Below are positions 37,201 to 48,400 of a stretch of 58,963 bases of DNA, piece by piece (the first letter of the stretch is position 1; each line of letters opens with the position of its first letter). The translations under genes were made by a program, and so were the position numbers. This stretch comes from Craspedostauros australis (lineage: Eukaryota): positions 1 through 58,963 of the forward strand of contig JALAGF010001426.1 of NCBI GenBank assembly GCA_030167865.1, written 5' to 3'. Under the pieces are notes generated by a model. That model had not been told where the DNA came from. It saw only the letters and a list, made by a program, of their open reading frames with translations, and did no database searches.

Positions 37201-37620
37201 CTTGCGATCGCCGTTCAAGTCGTGCATGTCCCCCAGCAGATTTTCGAGTTCGTCCAGCTGAGGTGCCAAGGCGGCCGCCATCTTCTGCACGTCTTCCTCC
37301 GGGATGTCGCTGTAGCTCTCGCTGGGTTTGAAGATTGATGATCTGACCGATGACGGCGTCGTGACGGTCTCAACGATCGGCGTACTGACGGGGTTGCGTC
37401 CGTTTCCCACGAACGCTGCACCTCGAGGAGTGGCTGTTGATGATGCCGCTGCAGAGAACGCAGTGGTCGCTATGCTCGTTGAAGGTGATAATGAAAGGGA
37501 CAGCGATTCGTCGCTTGATGCTTTGTGCTCCTGCCGCCCTCCGTATTCGTACGAGCGCATGCCCGCTGCTGATGGAGTTGATGGCGCAGATGATCCCACC
37601 GAGTTCCTTTGATTGGACAT
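34207..37620 (-). CDS. Large protein with disordered N-terminus and probable C-terminal GRAM/PH-like domain
   Basis: Single ORF of over 1100 aa from the ATG at 37620 (MSNQRN). The C-terminal GTCYITPNQILFSTSFIPLVGSSKVMLFDL segment fits the GRAM G.lYit...l.F pattern. Confidence in the gene is higher than confidence in the domain call. Confidence 0.75.
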   Translation of the reverse strand: MSNQRNSVGSSAPSTPSAAGMRSYEYGGRQEHKASSDESLSLSLSPSTSIATTAFSAAASSTATPRGAAFVGNGRNPVSTPIVETVTTPSSVRSSIFKPSESYSDIPEEDVQKMAAALAPQLDELENLLGDMHDLNGDRKIPSDDGMRDDDLDEEMDHLLASEMILREQMEFADDFSTSLIASLTRSPGSNLDPEEQITPSKRAAMEPEQHLRDDADMVDETRREAEEPPEQWMSADIGAASLTSSAGAVAEDQTSIAAGTATSSTTASSSPTYGRSKQRHKKKMPLAYTLQDHADHLQLSSEKIGGWYYCDLTKFLDLDPTTMKQGPVTARTNGDSKDDADEDFAYSTELLKEYCLPVPFRKLKRLYTGLLHHDVNVHNTSSLSSKGQAGVSAATPTKAANVAAMRAAVGSPLPHQAQTPSQPSEPELQTIQAKAGKAVVGRLQKTGKKLTPNRGSKNQSEARGELGDNVRPGDPALAPQEEPLPIRTMSLRIRPDVLCGAVMEAVHSGFTAHADGSPSIASHVLKRQGGHFRAALVYPHPDAKSETVTSMSESNKSIIAYVVDVQLCTLKSDELERRLVMRFYHIQDDPEAMQEAGAMLAKYKQDKAQGEPAMPSAHPISFATSLSKANPEANAQVKQACSLIQRLMAAANAKSGKKGKSSRSISSAESAGDEPLWLNGVLANDAQYDRKEDLQGAVATHLETNYRPCPSVREENKKATPPTIRRLTLPALSSKDWSMFDVSWPLVATFWEALETRDCTYNTLMTLPFGQFPSLPTLDVHYCSQLRRLSREAMISQLLKSAKELEDYAKSAEYSCATLLTLLDPMVSHYGAPPLSPPRAKALEEYPLDYAPPQVACPPWGTKVMEALNQVQQMTAVSGPMASVFTGMSGMGIDGSAPAATAADGDQPQQVQAPDAVEMVYNAFVKQDDEEQGARLGRKNAQVMDRLSKMQSHQQAVIRGIRDSHVHSKVALKASDSFVIKAQQANNIGKPGHPTMLLAQVPLLHFRISLGTSTSGTCYITPNQILFSTSFIPLVGSSKVMLFDLALVQFQVVENVTSTLLKPFPNTMNVVVNREVVYSFRPALNPNRLWTFLNVVQTSIGDAGMSEFSQPDQAVVEDEEGVLRLANSVSDDQYSI

Positions 37621-38225
37621 GGTTGAATGTATGGCTGGGTGGAGTGCTGGGATGGTGAGTGTCCGTATGGTATTGATGGGCCTGCGAAGTTGTGTTATCG
37701 GTGTGCTCTTCCTTTTGTGGTTGGTGCCTTTGGCTTCGTTGATGTTCCGTCCAACACGTGTCGATTCAGGAGAGGACAGGCGAAGATCACAGCAGCGGCG
37801 GGATTCAATGGAAAACGACCTCTCGCGGTGGATTTCGAATGCCTTCCAGAATTGTTGGAGCGGCGATCTGCCCGAACTGCGCTTCGTTGTCACTGCCCCA
37901 CAGCTTCTTTCACTGCCATTCCTTGTGGATTGCACTCGATGTGTCAACGTTGTGCTTTCGCCGATGAGAGAAGACACGTATTACGTTTCCTTTGTTGTGG
38001 ATGCTGGTTGCAGTTCAAGCCCCAAGGGTGTTGCTGACCTCTCTTGTGTTGTTCGTTTTGTTTCGTTTCATTTCATTTCATCTGGTTTGGTTTGGTTTGG
38101 CCACAGAGCGAAGCGCAGAATTCTTCGTGCGAAAGCTCCTTGTTTGGTGATGTGTCCGTGACACCCACGAGAACTCTCTCATGAATCAAGATTCTGGTTG
38201 GGGTTCGTCGTTGATGATTCCACAC

Positions 38226-38260
38226 ATCAGTCGACTGATTCGATTACCACATCATGACGT
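38226..38260. promoter_or_regulatory. 14-bp perfect palindrome ATCAGTCGACTGAT plus a TGACGT core in the divergent GRAM-like/SET intergenic region
   Basis: Palindrome at 38226-38239 and TGACGT at 38255-38260. Function is inferred from position only. Confidence 0.3.
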
Positions 38261-38586
38261 GATCGTGATTCAATGCATCAGTCAGTCGTGTATACACGCA
38301 ATCGGTGGTGGTTGTCTCAATGATCTGTTGGTGTCAACCACCACAAACGCGAAGTACGTTGATGCCGAGGTTGATGGCACATCATCACTTTCATGAGCGA
38401 CATCACAGAGACCAAAGGCGCAGTGGTTTGATACCCACGTGCATACTCACACGCACACGCATTCAAAGACACCCCCACCAACACGCCGATAGCAACAGCA
38501 GCAACTGCAACCACAGCGACTGCTGCCAATCTCTTGTATCTGTACACTCGATAGAATTCGTTATCGCCGCCGCGAACAAATCAGCC

Positions 38587-39771
38587 ATGCCTAGATCCAG
38601 CGTTGCATCCGCTGCGTCGATCCTGCTGGTGCTGCTCCACCCGGACTTCGCGACGGCATGGTTGCAACCATTATCAGCGACGTTGCGACGAACGCCGCGT
38701 TTCATCGTGCGGAGTCTGCACGCCAAGTCGTCCGCGCTGGATGAGAACGGCGTCCCCATCCTGGGTGGCGTGGACAACTTCGAACAGTGGTTTGCATCCG
38801 CTCCAGGTGCGTCCTGCACGGACTCCATCCAGCACGAGGACTTTGATGGTCTGCGAGGACTGGAGTTCTCCGGCAGCACGATCGAGATTGACAAGTCCCT
38901 GCTCGCGGTGCCACGATCGGTCGTGCTGCAGAGCGACTTCACCAACGCCGATTGGGATGCCGATCTCGCGACGCAGCTGTGGAAGGAGTACAAGGAGGGC
39001 AAGTCCAGCACCGTATCCGGATACTGCGACCTGCTCACGCGACAGCAACCCGACAGCGCGGTGACCGAAGTGCCGCCCAGCACGGCGCCCGACGCATTGC
39101 GGCAATGGAAGGACGACGAGAAGGAGATACTGAAATCCAGCCCCGCTGGTCAACGGCTGCTCGACCTGGAGACGCAGCAGGCCGGAATGTGGAAGGCCAA
39201 GTACGACAAGCTCGATTCGCTCACCAAATCCACCATGACACGTGACCAATTCGAATGGGCCATGGAGGTGGTCCATTCGCGGGCCTTCTGCGGAGAATTC
39301 GGAATCGGGTCGTCCCCTATTCCGCCGATCGTTTCTGCAGTCATGCCGCTGCTCGTGGCGATCGCTGGATGCGTCTACTTCTTTAAATTCTTGGGTGACG
39401 ATCTGGCCGTCTATCTGGGACTGGGAGCCTTGGCCGCCATTCCAGCCATCGTCAACTTGGTCGCCAGCAGTCCGCCTGCCGCAGTATTGCTGCCGATGAT
39501 CGACTCGGCGAATCACAAGGAGGATGCCGGCTCCTCTATCGATTACAATCCACTCGCGGACTCCTTCACACTGACGGCGGACAAGACATGCCTCGTGGAC
39601 GAATCAGTCGGCAAGAAGCAGCTCTACATTTCGTACGGCAAAAAGAAGGACACCGAACTGATTCTCAACTACGGCTTCCTCGAGAACATTCCCACTGCCG
39701 GTCTGTCGGGTTCGAATTCCAACGCCTACCGCAAGGTGCTTGCAGAGACATTCCTCGCTCGCAATTCCTGA
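38587..39771 (+). CDS. Rubisco-LSMT-like SET-domain methyltransferase, predicted plastid-targeted
   Basis: Motifs GLRGL, LLAVPRSVVL, FEWAMEVVHSRAF, LLPMIDSANH and QLYISYGKKKDTELILNYGF. Leader ..LLHPDFATA-WLQP. Confidence 0.88.
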   Translation: MPRSSVASAASILLVLLHPDFATAWLQPLSATLRRTPRFIVRSLHAKSSALDENGVPILGGVDNFEQWFASAPGASCTDSIQHEDFDGLRGLEFSGSTIEIDKSLLAVPRSVVLQSDFTNADWDADLATQLWKEYKEGKSSTVSGYCDLLTRQQPDSAVTEVPPSTAPDALRQWKDDEKEILKSSPAGQRLLDLETQQAGMWKAKYDKLDSLTKSTMTRDQFEWAMEVVHSRAFCGEFGIGSSPIPPIVSAVMPLLVAIAGCVYFFKFLGDDLAVYLGLGALAAIPAIVNLVASSPPAAVLLPMIDSANHKEDAGSSIDYNPLADSFTLTADKTCLVDESVGKKQLYISYGKKKDTELILNYGFLENIPTAGLSGSNSNAYRKVLAETFLARNS

Positions 39772-40019
39772 TCTACGAAATAGAACGGGGCCGTTTGATC
39801 CACACAACCCTCGCTGTCCCGCTAGAGATCGAGGGACTAGTGCATGCACTCGCAGTGGCACGGTTCGATTTAGACACTCATGCTTCGCGGATAAGTGATC
39901 GTTTATTAATTTCAATACGTTAGAGTATGGATCTTTGTGCATTGGTGCAATTGTATGTATGGTACCTATAATACGTGTGAGTAAGCTTGTATGTGCACTA
40001 GCGTGACTATTTTGCATGG

Positions 40020-41039
40020 TCAAATGCCAAACTCCTTCCCCATGTCGAAGAACTCATGGGCGATCTCTTCGCTGAACATGGGGTCAAGAGCGTATCGGAG
40101 CAGCGACCAATCCGTGCTGGATCGAACGGTGCGATCACAAATCGGATGTGATCGGAACCCAAATCCTCCATCCATGTGTCCGTCCAGCGTCATGGAGCTT
40201 CCGGTGATGAATGGAATCCACGCTGTTTGGAGCATGCACTTCTTGAGCTCGGCGATGGTTGTTGGCCTGTTGAGGATGGTTCGAACGTCCCAGGCCTGCT
40301 TGATTGTTTGGTAGATTCGGCTTGGGACGCTCTTTCGTCTCTGCAGCAGACTTCGCCTTGACATGCCTTGTTGGTAGTGCTGCTCCTGCTGCTCCAGCGC
40401 CATGTTCTCATCGTTGCTGGTCGATGTGATGATGATGAGGTTGGAGAGCCACTCTGGCGGATCCTGATCGTCGAGGCCCTCGAGCATCTTGTTGACGACG
40501 TGCTCCACCGTCTGTGGAATTGTGATGGATCCATCCAACCACGCAGCCTGTGCGGCGCGGGTTTCCCTGACCATCTTGTCTGCCGACCACCCTCTGAGTG
40601 TGGCGACCATGGCCAAGCACCCGGCAGAGTAGCAGACGTAGGATTTCTTGAAGAGCTCATCCCTTGGGATGGACTGGAGCTGGCCGCAAAGGTGGAAGAA
40701 TCCTGAGAAACCGCCTCCTGGGACGAAGAGGGAGTTTGGAATCACCACCCGCTGCCCTGGGGCGATGCTACCCACGACATTCGGTGCCGATAGGGAGCGT
40801 GTGAATAGCTTGGTGGGCCTTCTGGAGTTGACTCGATGCTTCTTCTCGTCCTTATCTCCCTCGCTCTCCTTGGAGCCGAGCTTGACGGAAATTGCCAGCA
40901 TGAGTGATAAGATCCTGAGCTTGTTCTTGCTCGCTGACTTCTTCAGCCGCGTAGCGGCGAGCAGCGTCATCTTGAGAGCACTGGCAGGCTTGATTGTCCC
41001 GGTGGAGGGAAGGGTAACGATCCGTTGGAAGTCCATCAT
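40020..41039 (-). CDS. Patatin-like phospholipase/acyl hydrolase
   Basis: Gly loop PGGGFSGFF, nucleophile elbow variant CYSAGCL, and TAWIPFITG..MDGG catalytic Asp motif. First ATG at 41039. Confidence 0.8.
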   Translation of the reverse strand: MMDFQRIVTLPSTGTIKPASALKMTLLAATRLKKSASKNKLRILSLMLAISVKLGSKESEGDKDEKKHRVNSRRPTKLFTRSLSAPNVVGSIAPGQRVVIPNSLFVPGGGFSGFFHLCGQLQSIPRDELFKKSYVCYSAGCLAMVATLRGWSADKMVRETRAAQAAWLDGSITIPQTVEHVVNKMLEGLDDQDPPEWLSNLIIITSTSNDENMALEQQEQHYQQGMSRRSLLQRRKSVPSRIYQTIKQAWDVRTILNRPTTIAELKKCMLQTAWIPFITGSSMTLDGHMDGGFGFRSHPICDRTVRSSTDWSLLRYALDPMFSEEIAHEFFDMGKEFGI

Positions 41040-44000
41040 TGTGTACAAGTGGTTGGTATTATGCGCAGTTTGGTGATTAGTGATTGGTGGCTCCAAATGG
41101 TGCTATTGCTATTGTTTGCGCTGTTGGTTGTTGTTTCCGGTTCAGCCGCGCATGAAATTGTGAGCTCGGAGCGAGTACGCCAGGCGTCAGTGAGAGTGAG
41201 GAACGAGCGCATCGGACGCACTTCGCCTTCACCTCTCTGGCCGCGGCCTTTCCGTGCGAACGAATCCATCACCGTGATTTTTTCCAGTATCACAGCGTCA
41301 GCGCCGATCGCGAAGTGTCACGCAATCCCATACAGATACTTAGAGGTAGAATCGCAGACATGAACTGCCTGATTCGCTCGATCAGAGTACGACCATTGGT
41401 CTCAATTGCGCAGCATTTGTCCGTCTACAGCGTTCACACAGACACTTCCTCCGACTTTTGGGCTCCGGTCGGAGGCCACACGGCAAGTATCACTTCAAGT
41501 CTCGTGATCAGAACATGGCAGCATTTATTGGAATGGGGGTATCGCGATCCTCTTTCTCCACCTCGTGCGAATAGAGTACTGCAGACTATTTCGCGCGACC
41601 CAGTCCAGTTGCCTGGACGAACAGGGTGGTGCCGTCTTCGCTCTGGGCGCCATCAACGAGGACTCCCCAAAAGGTCAGGGCCCACAAGGGATCGTTCCTA
41701 TCATTCACGGTTCGCCGCCACAGTCGGCTGGTAGTGGGAAATTGGAAATCGGTGTTGGCATTTGTTGTATTATTCGTACCACTATGCGTTGCAATACCTG
41801 CCGGGCAAGACAGACACCAAAGACAACAGGCCGCGAGGCATTCGCTTTTGCCTCTCGCGAAGCAAGCTGTCGCTAGCCGCCGCATTTGACATATTGTTAT
41901 ACTTCATACATTAAGCAAAAAGAACGTCACCGTGTCCCGGGAGTGATCCTGGGATGAAATTGCAAGGTTAGTAGATGGCGCGATCCGAACAGGTCGGTGT
42001 GATACTCATGTTCAATCACGGTAATACACGTACGGCGCCCTCACACAATAAATCTTGACCTTGGAAGTTATTGCAGGTAGGGACTCGCTGTTCGTCTGAT
42101 CGTACTGTTGGAAGAAGGCACGTGAACCAAGGGGGCACCACTCCAGGTATGTGTCCTCGCCACCCACAAAACTGTCGAAGCAAGATCTTTTGGGCGTGGG
42201 AGATGATTGTGTTTCGCCCAATCTCCGGGCGCACAGCGCTAACATGACCAGCAGCCCTCCAGGGAGAGCGAAATGGACTGCTCAGAATGCTGCGATTGCA
42301 GTGAAACGCAGAAAAGCCTCGTCCACATGGGCGAGGGGAAAGGTGACGATCTGAGTCCATGGGGTTCCATGGAGATCAGCGGTAAAGGGAACCTCTTCCT
42401 GCTCCCGTCGGGAAGGCAACAGGAGCCGGTTGGTACCCATAGCACGACGAAGGATCGATAGGAACCCATTGCCCGGGAGGCTTCACAATCGCCCACCCAG
42501 GGAATGGCAAGACCACCAATCCGAACGAAAACTATCGACCTATCTCGAGCTGTCCGTGTCGTTTCGGCACCAGCGCGTATCTTTGTCTTGGAGCTGTCTC
42601 TCTTGGATTTATTGCCAGCAATCGCTCGATGGAATACACTTTGATGGATGGGGTAAAGTGAGCTTGTTGCTTCGTCAGTTTCGCGTCCCAGCAATCCCTT
42701 TCTCCCTCTCACCACGCGCCTTTGTCAATGTGCCCATCAAACCACCAGCAACGAGCTCGGCTTCCTTGTTGGGCCGTGCCCGTTGTTGGACCAACCTCCT
42801 TGCAAGCCTCTCGCTCGTGCTCACACTGCGACTCCATTGATGACAAGAAAGGCGTCACGGACGCCTCTTTTTGCCCACAGAATTGGCGAGCGACAACACG
42901 CGTCTACGCATGGCATAATCGGTAGATATCCTCAGTCCCGGCCAGAAGCTTGCAGCACCTTAACTCATAGAGAGACAAACTGTGGGTTCCATGTTGCACA
43001 TCGAGCGGTCGACACAGACTGTTTTCTCGTATTGAGCAGATCCTCAGCGTTGTGCTTCACCTGTCCGACTATTTGTAGATAGGCGGCTTCTCTGTAGCAA
43101 TCATCGGAGTTCTCGATCTTCCTGTCTCGTCAATCTCGAAGTTTGCTGGCGCACCATTTGTAGCACGTGCAGATGAAACAGAAAAGATCCATGCACTCCT
43201 CTTGAGCGCCCGCGGTAGGCAAGAGTCCATGGGGGAAGCTTCGCGAAGTTCTGCACCTCAATACCAATAAAGCGGATGGATCCGGTTCCACCCAGAAACA
43301 TTCCAAGTCTTTGGCTCCCAGTTCCCTCTCAAGGGAGATGCGAGACACCATTCCCGGAGGCCGAAGTTCCACTCATTGGGCGCACTCTAGATTCATGCAC
43401 CCACGCCTGGGGTGAATGGATGCATCAAGCCCACGAACCTATCAGACCGCCTCTTGTCTCAGGTAGCGAGAGAATGTCGGGCATGTCTGTATGAATGGAT
43501 CTTGAACCTGGACAAGCGCCCTTTCGTCTGACGAACATGATCACGCTGCTTCGTTCGAGACTCGGCCTCATCCGTCGACAGTTGATGGCTGGCAAGATCC
43601 GACCAATCGATCTGCGAACCCTCGGAAGCGGGAAATGCAGCTTGTGTGATGCGCCACCAGCTCCCGAACGAGAACGGTGTTGGCCCTTCGCATTCCATGA
43701 TGGTCAGATCACGTCAGGTGCGAAACTTGTGGCTGGTGTGGGTCCGCAAGCAGTTTGCAGAGTATCAGAATAGAAGAGAGGAGAAAAAGTTCTCTCCCGT
43801 CTTGTTCGTCAGGTGACAGAGAAACACCGCTTTTTCAATGAACAAAGACACTGCATACAATTTGTTCACTCGCGCCGACAAGGTACTCATATAGGCCCAC
43901 AACAAATCGACCAGACCAGGATCACAAGTCCCGCGTGACGTGTATTGTTGAAAGAAGCCGAGATTTGGATCCTGTTTTCGTGACGCACACAGGACCAACA

Positions 44001-44228
44001 CAACACACCAGTTCTCCTTCCTCAACGTCTGACGAAGAATGACAAGAAGAACACAAACGATGACAACGATGACAACAACGATGATGATTGTGGCAACAAG
44101 GACGCCAGATGAATGAGTACAGCCACAATCTTGTGTTTGTACCACAGTCCAAAACCAGAACAATCTGCGAAGGCACATACAGAAAGCAAGCATTGCACAC
44201 AGCGCCCCATCGCAATACAAGACGAATC

Positions 44229-44960
44229 ATGAAGACCAACTGCCTCCTGCGATCCGCCGTTCTCCTTTGCGCCGCTTCGAGCGTCGCTGGACTGAGCGCC
44301 CCCGTCCCGACCATCACGGATCCGAACCACCCACTGACGGGTATGGGGATTGATACTGAGGCCGCCTTCGCGCAAAGCACCTTCCCCGTCAAGCCAGACA
44401 ATCTCATCAAGAGAGCACAGGAGGTCGTCGGAGTGAAGACCGGACTCGGAACGAGGGATGGTGGCGAATGCTTGGCTGACGACTTCGTCTTCTGTGCCGC
44501 TGTCGTCGGACCCCTCAGCAAGAAGGAGTACCTCGGTGCATTGGGATCCTTCCGACTCGAGGACAGCTTCGACATTTCGTCCAACATGTTTGGCTTCACG
44601 GTGTCGCCCGTCCAACCCAACCGCGTCTACTTCTTCTCGCACCAGGTTGCCAAGATGACAGCACCATTCTTTGGCGCCAAGCCGGAAACCGTCAAGGAAG
44701 ATCTCGTGCTGCCACCGCAATGCTTGCACTTGGATTTCAATGAGGACCTCGAAGTCACTGAAATGGGATTCTACACCGTCGATCGTCAGTACGGAAACAC
44801 CGGAGGCTTGGGTGGAGCATTCGGATTCTTCTACGGTGCAGGCAAGCCACTCCCATTCCCAGAGGGAAATCCATACAAGAGATCCTTCCGATTCAAGGTC
44901 TTCAACTTCGTGGGACAGCTTGCCCAGAAATTCCAGAAGAAAGATGACGGATCCAAGTAG
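44229..44960 (+). CDS. Conserved algal NTF2/SnoaL-like protein, probably plastid-targeted
   Basis: LADDFVFCAAVVGPLSKKEYL, PNRVYF, PPQ, and YTVDRQYGNTGGLGGAFG..GKPLPFPEG, a pattern recognised from algal proteins of unknown function. Leader ..AASSVAG-LSAP. Confidence 0.78.
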   Translation: MKTNCLLRSAVLLCAASSVAGLSAPVPTITDPNHPLTGMGIDTEAAFAQSTFPVKPDNLIKRAQEVVGVKTGLGTRDGGECLADDFVFCAAVVGPLSKKEYLGALGSFRLEDSFDISSNMFGFTVSPVQPNRVYFFSHQVAKMTAPFFGAKPETVKEDLVLPPQCLHLDFNEDLEVTEMGFYTVDRQYGNTGGLGGAFGFFYGAGKPLPFPEGNPYKRSFRFKVFNFVGQLAQKFQKKDDGSK

Positions 44961-45452
44961 AGATCGTGCCTGAGCCCAAGTAATGGGTTTGCTCGAACAT
45001 AAACATGAACACGAACTTAGCTGGGCGGAGCAGAGTGGCAAAAGGCGCGGACATCGCCTCCTCGCATCTGCAGCGGAGTGAGAGGATGGGAATGTCTTGG
45101 TGCATTCGCAGCTCAAAGTCGAATACATTGGTATGTAGCAGCTTGTACGGAAACACATATGCAGCGCGATGGTACAGCACGAAGGAACGACATGTACATA
45201 TGTAATTCAACGAGCATCCAGGAGATGAATCTATTCACAAAGAAACAAGTCTCTTACTCTGTCATTATCGTGCAAGTGTGAGTGGAATACTGTTTTACAA
45301 AGACCCCAATAACAAAGTATGATACATGAATCAGCTGTACTTCGCCTTCCGCACACAGCTACTCAACACAAGCACGCCAACGATGACCAACTTCAACGCA
45401 ATATCTGAATCTGACAAAAGCTGTGCAGATGGTCTGAAACATGGCCTCCATA

Positions 45453-48400
45453 TTACAGCGGAGGTGCGCCCTCCATGTAGGACTTGTTGGCCAACTCGTC
45501 CTCCAAATCATCCAGGCGCTCCTCCAGGTCTGTGGTGCCGTTGCTCTCGATTTCCTCCACCTCCGTTTCTGTCGAAGAATCGAATGGCATGGTTGACATC
45601 GGAGTTGGGAAAGACGGCGCACCGAACAGGTTGTCGTAGGATGTGACATCGTCTTGATGCTGCACCGGAAGGTCTTGCGGATCGATGGTCTCAGAGTCAT
45701 CCAGTGATGACAGCTTTGCCTCGTTGACGTAGTTGTACGTTGGTCGAGAGGATTGCAACGGTGGGCTGATGTGCGCCACCGGTTTGATCGCTGGCATATC
45801 TCCATCATCATCTTCTTCTTCCTCCTCCACCTCCTCCTCATACTCATATTCATACTCGTTGTCTCCGTACTGCGGTGGTGGCGGCGGAAGCGGTTGGTCC
45901 TGTAGCTCGTCGTCTGACTCCACGCTCTCCGGAAAGCTCTGGATTCCGCCTTGATCGCGGCTCAGCGTGGCGGCGTTTGGACTTCTGTTGTTCTCGTTTC
46001 CGTTGCTTCTGCCATTGTCGTCGTCGTTCCTGGTACTGCCGTTCCGACTATTGACTCCACGTCTTCGATTGTTCCTTCGTTGCTCGGTCATCCTACTGGC
46101 TGGTGATAGCTGTGGTGCTGGTCTTGGTGGCGGATCTGGCGAAACCTGCTGTTGTGGCTGCGCCGCCGGATCTGGTGATGGCTGTGGTAAAGGTTGCGGT
46201 GACGGCTGTTTTGTGAGTCTACGCACTCTGAGATGGTCTGGAAGCAGCTCGGTGCTGTCATAGCTGGCGAAGCTCTGAGGTTTGGGTTCGAGGAGGGAGT
46301 CGGTGCTTCGGAAACTTAGACCAGCAAAGGTTCCATCATCGCCCAATGTGCTAACGGTGTCATAACTCCTGTAGCTGGTTGGTTGTCGATGGCCATCGTC
46401 GTCCTCGTAGTCTTGATCGTCGTACTCCGCTGCGTTGCTGCCATCGCGCGTATCCGCGTCCTTGTCGCTCTCGTTGTCGACCGAATCGTCGTCGGTCTCC
46501 ACCTCGTACTTCACCCACCCGGCGGCACTGTTGCTATCGCCGAACTCGGGAATTCGTTCGCCGCCGGTGGGCAGCAAATCGATGCTTCGGTTGGAGGTTG
46601 GGACCGTCCTTACCGACTCGTACTGGATTTGCTCCTTGAGACGCAGTCGTCTCTGCGACGGGATACGATCGAGCACCATCGACGGTGCTGGATCTATCGG
46701 CGTTCCCGGTTCATCCGGTGGATCGTTGGAGTCGGGCCGGAACGCTTTCGCGCTTGGATCGCGTTTCGGGGAGGGTTCATCAACTCCTCTGCGTTGACCT
46801 GGGCTATCCGGGCTGACGATGTTTTGTCTGCTTTTGGTGTTCTTCGTCTTCTTTGGTTCGGCTCGGTAGTCACCATCTCTCGTATCCAAGCTGCGGTTTG
46901 AGTACGGAACGGTGCCTTGCCATTCAATGTCCTGATCCACCTGAAGCTTGTGCTCGCTCGGATCCGGCCGGATGGCATTTTCCTGATCGAGCTCGTCGTT
47001 GTAGGATTGAGATTCGGAGGAATCGTCGCGGTAACTCTGCGGCTTGAGGATGGATCTTGGCGACGGTACTTTTTGTTGCAGCGCCTGCTGCCGTCGCCGT
47101 TCTTGCAGTTGCTCGTAGTAGGAACTTGGTTTGGCCGCCTGCGACGTGTCGTCGTCGTCTGGTGCTTGGCGACGCGGCACACGGGCCACGTGCGACAAGC
47201 CTTCTTCGGTGTCATCCGTCGCCACGCTGTCATAGTCGTTGCTGTCCATGCGCTGGTAAGTTTCTGGATTCTTCATCCTTGGTGTCTCGGCAGAAGATCG
47301 GGCACGTGGTAGCGCTTGTGATTGCATCTGCGGATCTTCGTGGATAATATCCATGCGGCCCACCTTTGCCTGTTGCATCGGCTGTGCATTGGAAGGATAT
47401 CCCTTGTAGAAGTTCGGATGCTGCGGCTGTTGCGGTTGCCTTGATTGTTGTTGTTGTTGCGGCTGTTGCTGCGGCTGCTGCTGCTGCCGTGGTTGTTGTT
47501 GCATGCGCCTCGCATCAACAGGACTTGTCTGCACAGCATTGGGTGGTGTCCGAGGTGAGGTGTCTGCTCGGGTGGCCTGATCGAAGTAGATATCGTGGTC
47601 CGCTGGACTGCTACTGCGTTGAGGAACAGGAGTATACTGCCTTGCCAGCTGCTGCTGCTGTTGTTGTTGTGGTTGTTGTGGCTGACTCCTAAATTGTCGT
47701 GGATCGTGGTACTGAGGAGATGGTGTTTGATCAGGTCGCTGTTGTTGCATATGATTGATATCATCATCATCATGGTCATCAACATCAGGGTCATTATCAC
47801 CATCATCTGAGTACGGCACAGAATCGCCAGCGCTCTGTTGCTCCGCAAGGTCGGGATACATCCACTGCGACGGTCGCCTCGCCAGCCTATGCTGACGCCT
47901 GTGCCGGCGCATCAACTTCATGTCCTCCTTCGTCGGAAGTGCGTAGAAGCGCGGCGACGGGTTGGTGTGGACCGTCCTCATCTTGAGATCGAGATAGGCC
48001 GGCACCAAGTACAGACCCATGCTCATGGCCACCAACGACGGCAGCTGCGTTTTCAATTGATCGCGCTCGGACACGCCGACCTGCGTGACGTACTGCACGC
48101 AGACGTGAAAGACCCAGGTGACGCCGAGAAAGAACTGAAACTCGTGGCTGGTCTTCTTGATGGGCGCGTAGGCCAGGAAGCGCGCGAGGGCGTAGTATCC
48201 CAGCAGCATCTGACAACCGCCCATGAAGATGGAGAGCTCGGGGTACCGCACGATCATCATGGCCACGCCCACGCTGGGTTCGTAGGGCGAGGTGTTTTCG
48301 AGCTGGTTGATGGAATACGCGCCGAGCAGGAGCTGCGGCATGCCGGCCAGGATGAGGAGGAAGGCGTAGCCCAGGAGGATCCTGCGGTAGTACCGCGAAG

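Noticed and set aside
37621-37977. N-terminal extension of the 1256-aa ORF
   Set aside because: Begins at a non-ATG codon; the first ATG is at 37620, so the extension is probably 5' UTR.
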